Assembly: GCA_038239305.1 (NCBI GenBank)
Contig: JBBSEW010000003.1
Coordinates: 51,022-115,021 of the forward strand
Reading direction: 5' to 3'
Length of the DNA: 64,000 nucleotides
DNA from: Thermoanaerobaculia bacterium
Lineage (GTDB): Bacteria > Acidobacteriota > Thermoanaerobaculia > UBA5066 > Gp7-AA6
In this document: piece after piece, positions 59,796 to 64,000 of the stretch
Position numbering within the stretch: the stretch's first letter is position 1
How the letters are laid out: every line of letters begins with the position of its first letter
Made by a program: the position numbers and the translations under genes
The notes under the pieces: model-generated
What the model was told of the DNA's origin: nothing
What the model saw: only the letters and a program-made list of their open reading frames with translations
Database searches by the model: none

Positions 59796-61169
59796 ATGGC
59801 GAAGGCGAAGATCCTGAAATTCGATCCGGCCGGGCCCGGACTGTCGAAGACCGAGATCCTGAGTGTGTGCGACGCGGAGAACGTGCGGTTTCTGAGGCTG
59901 CAGTTCACCGACATCCTCGGCGTCATCAAGAACGTCGAGATTCCCCGCTCGCAGTTTCCCAAGGCGCTCGACGGCGAGATCCAGTTCGACGGGTCGTCGA
60001 TCGAGGGCTTCACGAGGATCGAAGAGTCGGACATGAACCTGGTGCCGGACCTGAATTCTTTCGCCATCTACCCGTGGGCCCACCAGGGCGGCGAGAAGGT
60101 CGGGCGGCTGATCTGCGACGTGTACACACCGGACGGCAACGCCTTCGCCGGCTGCCCGCGCATGACACTCAAGAAGCAGATGGACAAGGCGTCAGCGCTC
60201 GGGTACACGCTCGTCACGGGGCCCGAAGCCGAGTTTTTCCTCTTCCGGCGCGACGCCAACGGCGATCCCATCATCGATACCCACGACAAGGGCGCCTATT
60301 TCGACCTGACCCCGGTCGACCGGGGCGAGGAAGCGCGTCGCGACGTCGTTCTGGCCCTCGAGCAGATGGGATTCGAGGTCGAGGCAGCCCACCACGAGGT
60401 GGCGCCCGGCCAGCACGAGATCGACTTCAAGTACGCCGACGCGATCACGACCGCGGACCGTGTCTCGACGTTCCGCTTCGTCGTCAAGAAGGTGGCGCTC
60501 GACCACGGTTTGCACGCGACGTTCATGCCGAAGCCGATCTTCGGTGTGAACGGATCCGGAATGCACGTGCATCAATCCTTCCTCGACAAGCGCGGCAACA
60601 ACGTCTTCTACGACGCAAAGGCCACGTACCAGCTCTCGAAGACGGCGCTCCACTACACGGGCGGCATCCTGAAGCACGCCCGCGCCTTCGTCGCGGTCAC
60701 GAACCCTCTCGTCAATTCCTACAAGCGCCTCGTTCCGGGCTACGAGGCACCGGTCAACGTGGCGTGGTCGATGCGCAATCGCTCGCCGCTCGTGCGGGTG
60801 CCGGCGCGGCGCGGAATGGGAACGCGGATCGAGGTCCGCATGCCGGATCCGTCCTGCAACCCGTATCTCGCCTTCGCGGTCATGCTCGCCGCCGGCCTGG
60901 ACGGCGTGAAGAACCGGATGGATCCGGGTGAGCCGGTCGACAAGAACGTGTTCACGATGAGCGAGCGCGAGAAGCGGCGTCTGAAGATCGACCAGCTTCC
61001 GGCCAATCTCTCCGACGCGCTCGACAACCTGGAGAAGGACCCCGTCGTGACCGACGCCCTCGGCGAGCACATCTTCACGCACTTCACCGAGGCCAAGCGC
61101 GCGGAGTGGGCGGAGTACATCTCGAGGGTCCAGCCGTGGGAGACGGAGAAATATCTCGACATGTATTGA
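59796..61169 (+). CDS. glnA: Glutamine synthetase type I
   Basis: 457 aa. Conserved blocks FDGSSIEGF and KPIFGVNGSGMHVHQS, plus NPLVNSYKRL. Confidence 0.95.
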   Translation: MAKAKILKFDPAGPGLSKTEILSVCDAENVRFLRLQFTDILGVIKNVEIPRSQFPKALDGEIQFDGSSIEGFTRIEESDMNLVPDLNSFAIYPWAHQGGEKVGRLICDVYTPDGNAFAGCPRMTLKKQMDKASALGYTLVTGPEAEFFLFRRDANGDPIIDTHDKGAYFDLTPVDRGEEARRDVVLALEQMGFEVEAAHHEVAPGQHEIDFKYADAITTADRVSTFRFVVKKVALDHGLHATFMPKPIFGVNGSGMHVHQSFLDKRGNNVFYDAKATYQLSKTALHYTGGILKHARAFVAVTNPLVNSYKRLVPGYEAPVNVAWSMRNRSPLVRVPARRGMGTRIEVRMPDPSCNPYLAFAVMLAAGLDGVKNRMDPGEPVDKNVFTMSEREKRRLKIDQLPANLSDALDNLEKDPVVTDALGEHIFTHFTEAKRAEWAEYISRVQPWETEKYLDMY

Positions 61170-61188
61170 GTCGGTCGCCTAATAAAAT

Positions 61189-61220
61189 AAGGCCGGAGGT
61201 CACTCCGGCCTTATTTATTT
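61189..61220 (+). terminator. Rho-independent terminator after glnA
   Basis: 10-bp stem AAGGCCGGAG / CTCCGGCCTT (61189..61198, 61203..61212) with a 4-nt loop, followed by ATTTATTT. The A-rich tract upstream could make it bidirectional. Confidence 0.8.
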
Positions 61221-61241
61221 AGTCCTGTTTCCAGGGAGCAG

Positions 61242-62117
61242 ATGGATTTTCGGAGCCGGCTCTGCGGGCCTAAGCCCCTCCTTCTCGACGCGGCAATGGG
61301 GACGGAGCTCGAGCGGCGTGGCCTCGCGGCGGAGGGGTCGCTCTGGAGCGCCCGCGGGTTGATCGACGCGCCCGAGGCGGTCCGCGAAATTCACGCCGCG
61401 GATGCGGCGGCCGGAGCGGACATCCTGACCGCAAACACGTTTCGCACGCACCGGCGGTCGCTCGCGCCGGCGGGGCTCGCGGACGAGGCGGCCCGTCTCA
61501 CGCATCGCGCCGTCGAGCTCGCCCGGGAAGCCGCCCGAGGCCGGACGATCTTCGTCGCCGGGTCTCTCTCGCCTCTGGGAGACTGCTACCGGCCGGACCT
61601 CGTTCCGGCCGATGCCGCCCTCGAGGTCGAGCACCAGGAGCAGGCGCGGGCTCTCGCGGGCGCGGGAGTGGACGTGATCCTCCTCGAGACATTCAACTCG
61701 TGCCGCGAGCTCGGGGCCGCTCTTCGCGCCGCGCGGGCGACCGGCCTGCCGGTGGTGGCCTCCATCGTGACGGACGGGCAAGGGCGGCTCCTCTCGGGAG
61801 AGCGCATCGAGGAGGCCGTCCGCGAGGTCGAGCCGATGTTTCCGGATGCGCTCGCCATCAACTGCGTCCCCGCGCGAAGGCTCTCGGCGGACCTTCGTAT
61901 TCTGGCGCGAACGCTCCGCGGGCTCCGGTCGTGGGGCGCCTGGGGCAACCTCGGCTGCCCGGATCCGGCGGGCAGGCTCGACGAGCCAGCCTCTCCCGAG
62001 CAGCTCGCCTCTCTCGCGCGGGAGTGGAGCGACGCGGGGGTCCGCATCGTGGGCGGCTGCTGCGGGACCACGGCGTCTCACACGGCGGCTCTCCGCCGGA
62101 TGATCGACGCACGCTGA
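61242..62117 (+). CDS. Homocysteine S-methyltransferase family protein
   Basis: 291 aa. Contains DAAMGTELERRG, and GGCCGTT at the C-terminus supplies the zinc-binding Cys pair. Confidence 0.85.
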   Translation: MDFRSRLCGPKPLLLDAAMGTELERRGLAAEGSLWSARGLIDAPEAVREIHAADAAAGADILTANTFRTHRRSLAPAGLADEAARLTHRAVELAREAARGRTIFVAGSLSPLGDCYRPDLVPADAALEVEHQEQARALAGAGVDVILLETFNSCRELGAALRAARATGLPVVASIVTDGQGRLLSGERIEEAVREVEPMFPDALAINCVPARRLSADLRILARTLRGLRSWGAWGNLGCPDPAGRLDEPASPEQLASLAREWSDAGVRIVGGCCGTTASHTAALRRMIDAR

Positions 62118-62130
62118 CGCCGCCGAGGCT

Positions 62131-63174
62131 CTACGCGATGAACATCGCGTCGCCGTACGAGTAGAAGAGGTAACCCTCGCGGACGGCCTCCTCGTACGCC
62201 GCGAGCACCCGCTCCCGACCCGCGAAGGCGGACACCAGCATCAGGAGAGTCGAGCGCGGGAGGTGGAAGTTCGTCAGCAATGCGTCCACCGCCCGGAAGT
62301 CGAAACCGGGCGTGATGAACAGGCTTGTTTCGAAGGCGAGGTCGTCGGAGCCGGCGACCCGATCGAGGCGGGCGGCCGCTTCGAGGGAGCGCGCGACGGT
62401 CGTTCCGACGGCGACCGTGCGACCCCCCGACGATCGTGCGGCAGCAACGGCCCGGAGGGTTCCGGCTGGAAGAGAGACGGACTCGGCGTCCATCGCGTGG
62501 GCTTCGATTTCTTCCGCCGTGACGGGCTTGAACGTGCCCGCGCCGACGGCGAGCGTCAGGTCGGCGATCGTCACCCCCTGCTGGCGGACGTCCTCCAGGA
62601 TCCTCTCCGTGAAGTGCAGTCCGGCGGTCGGAGCGGCCACCGCGAGGGGCTCCCGCGCGAAGACGGTCTGGTAGGCCTCGCGGTCTGCGGACCGGTCCGG
62701 CTCGCCGGGCGCACGCCGGATGTAGGGAGGCAGGGGCAGGGCGCCGAAGCGCTCCAGGTACGCGTCGTCGATCGCTCGGTCGAACGACACTTCCCGGCGC
62801 CCGTCCGCGTGGATGTCTTCGATCCTCGCGGTGACGTCCCCCGGCAGCGATACCGCGCGGCCCGATCTCGCCCGGCGTCCCGGACGGGCGAGCGCGAGCC
62901 ATCGATCCCGGCGGTTCGAGACCGGGTTCAAGAGGAAGAGCTCGACGAGGCGGCCCTCGAGATCGCGGCCCCAGAGCCGCGCGTGCCGGACGCGGACGTC
63001 GTTGCGGACGAGGACGTCGCCCTTCCGGAGAAGCGAGGGGAAGTCGTCGAACGCGTGGTGCGCGATCGCGCCTGTCGCCCGGTCGAGGACGAGCAGGCGG
63101 CTCGATCCGCGCGGGCGGGCCTCCTGCGCGATGCGGTCGGCGGGAAGGACGTAGTCGAATAGGTCGGTGAGCAG
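62131..63174 (-). CDS. queA: S-adenosylmethionine:tRNA ribosyltransferase-isomerase QueA (no canonical start codon; CTG at 63174 proposed)
   Basis: The conserved QueA N-terminus (DLFDYVLPADRIAQEARPRGSSRLLVL...) is encoded upstream of the first ATG/GTG/TTG (the TTG at 62931). There is an in-frame TAA at 63195..63193. The length from the CTG is 347 aa, which is typical for QueA. Confidence 0.7.
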   Translation of the reverse strand: MLTDLFDYVLPADRIAQEARPRGSSRLLVLDRATGAIAHHAFDDFPSLLRKGDVLVRNDVRVRHARLWGRDLEGRLVELFLLNPVSNRRDRWLALARPGRRARSGRAVSLPGDVTARIEDIHADGRREVSFDRAIDDAYLERFGALPLPPYIRRAPGEPDRSADREAYQTVFAREPLAVAAPTAGLHFTERILEDVRQQGVTIADLTLAVGAGTFKPVTAEEIEAHAMDAESVSLPAGTLRAVAAARSSGGRTVAVGTTVARSLEAAARLDRVAGSDDLAFETSLFITPGFDFRAVDALLTNFHLPRSTLLMLVSAFAGRERVLAAYEEAVREGYLFYSYGDAMFIA

Positions 63175-63198
63175 GGCGGGTCTCTTTGTCCGTTATCC

Positions 63199-63297
63199 GT
63201 TTTTAGTTTTTAGTTTTTAGTTTTTAGTTTTGAATCTTGGGTTCTGGGTCTTGGGTCTTGGGTCTTGGGTTTTGAATTCCGGGTTTTCGAGTCTTGG
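63199..63297. repeat. Heptad-phased tract of about 14 units (GTTTTTA x4, GTTTTGA, ATCTTGG, GTTCTGG, GTCTTGG x3, ...)
   Basis: Direct reading. The first 35 nt are strikingly AT-rich for this genome. It occupies the divergent spacer between queA and the MBL gene. Confidence 0.95.
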
Positions 63298-63388
63298 ATC
63301 GTGAGTCTCCCTCATCGGAAAAGGCTCGGCTGTGAGCTTAGACCCGGAAGGCCGAACCGGGGTCGCTCCCAGCTGATAGCTTCTCCTC

Positions 63389-64000
63389 GTGCGCGAAGAC
63401 TCGGATTATCCGCCGGAGCGCGGGCGTGTGCGGCTCGACGCGGGCGGTATCCCGATCGAAGGCGTATCGATCGCCGGCCACGAGTCGTACTTCAAGCTGC
63501 CGGGTTTCCGGACCTTGCTCGAATTCGGCCGGGCTCCGGAGGACACCCTCGGCTATTCGACGATCGGCCTCACCCACGGGCATCTCGACCACGCTGCCGG
63601 GCTGGCGCACCACGCTTCGCGGCGGACGCTGACGGGTCTCGGGCCGGCACGGGTGTTCGCGCCCGAGGAGGCGATCCCGGACCTCGAGACGTGGATCCAC
63701 GCGTGCGAGCGTCTCGAAGGCGTCGAATACGGGACGCGGTTCGAGGCGGCCGTCCCGGGAACATCCGTCCTGCTCCGGCGCGATCTCGAGCTGCGCTTCC
63801 TGCCCGGGCGGCATCGCGTTTCTACGGTCGGCTTTCTCTTCTCGGAAGTGAGGCGCAAGCTCCAGGAGGAGCATGCCGGCGCTTCCGGCCCGGAGATCGC
63901 GGCCCTGCGGGAGCGCGGCGTCGAGGTGACGCGCCGCGAGGAGATCCCGCTTCTCGCCTACCCCGGTGATTGCGGCCCCGCGATCTTCGACGCGGCCCCG
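63389..64000 (+). CDS. MBL-fold metallo-hydrolase (RNase Z/ElaC-like), 3' end beyond the window
   Basis: GTG at 63389, just after in-frame TGA TAG. The frame stays open to the window end (204 codons). Contains the HGHLDH motif and has G/C-rich third positions. It is absent from the ORF track because it has no stop in the window. Confidence 0.7.
   Translation, partial: MREDSDYPPERGRVRLDAGGIPIEGVSIAGHESYFKLPGFRTLLEFGRAPEDTLGYSTIGLTHGHLDHAAGLAHHASRRTLTGLGPARVFAPEEAIPDLETWIHACERLEGVEYGTRFEAAVPGTSVLLRRDLELRFLPGRHRVSTVGFLFSEVRRKLQEEHAGASGPEIAALRERGVEVTRREEIPLLAYPGDCGPAIFDAAP

Noticed and set aside
1-64000. Search for tRNA, rRNA, tmRNA, integrase, prophage, toxin-antitoxin or defence-system genes.
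   Set aside because: No cloverleaf-compatible sequences were seen in the intergenic regions inspected by eye, and no ORF carries motifs of these families. Absence is by manual inspection only and should be confirmed with tRNAscan-SE, Infernal and defence-system HMMs.

Overview
GC-rich bacterial chromosomal segment. G/C dominates third codon positions, and long arginine-rich shadow ORFs lie on the non-coding strands. I support about 57 protein-coding genes. I found no rRNA, tRNA, CRISPR array, transposase, integrase or phage gene. The content is mostly core metabolism and envelope functions. Left to right: an AhpD-like protein and lpdA; a MacAB-like efflux operon (adaptor, ATPase, two FtsX-type permeases); a large polytopic membrane protein; two head-to-head MBL-fold hydrolases; a System I cytochrome c maturation operon ccmABCDEF (minus strand) with a Cys-type CcmE; an aa3-type cytochrome oxidase cluster (cupredoxin lipoprotein, ctaC, ctaD, ctaA, ctaB, subunit IV, ctaE, DUF420); a serine hydrolase; a DUF374 acyltransferase; an MqnE/MqnC-family radical SAM gene coupled to a small 4-Cys protein; an MFS transporter; recO, glyQ, glyS, ppdK; an amidohydrolase; mutL; an ECF sigma/anti-sigma/membrane triad; pcnB; a livJHMGF-type amino-acid ABC operon; PAT-type GNAT, DUF1697 and ankyrin genes; citrate synthase; pckA; a four-gene dedicated sortase cassette (sortase, VIT+vWA target, OmpR-type response regulator, histidine kinase); glnA; a homocysteine methyltransferase; queA; and a partial MBL hydrolase. 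Two things stand out. (1) Almost every sizeable intergenic spacer is tiled by phased 7-bp and 8-bp tandem repeats. They belong to a few recurring families, some GATC-rich and some recurring as nearly identical ~40-nt dispersed elements. They resemble cyanobacterial STRR heptamers but sit in a high-GC genome. (2) The complete sortase/VIT-vWA/two-component cassette carries a non-LPXTG signal and in-frame hexanucleotide repeats. Taxonomy cannot be established from the window alone. All family assignments come from motif-level reading of the translated ORFs and need HMM or BLAST confirmation.
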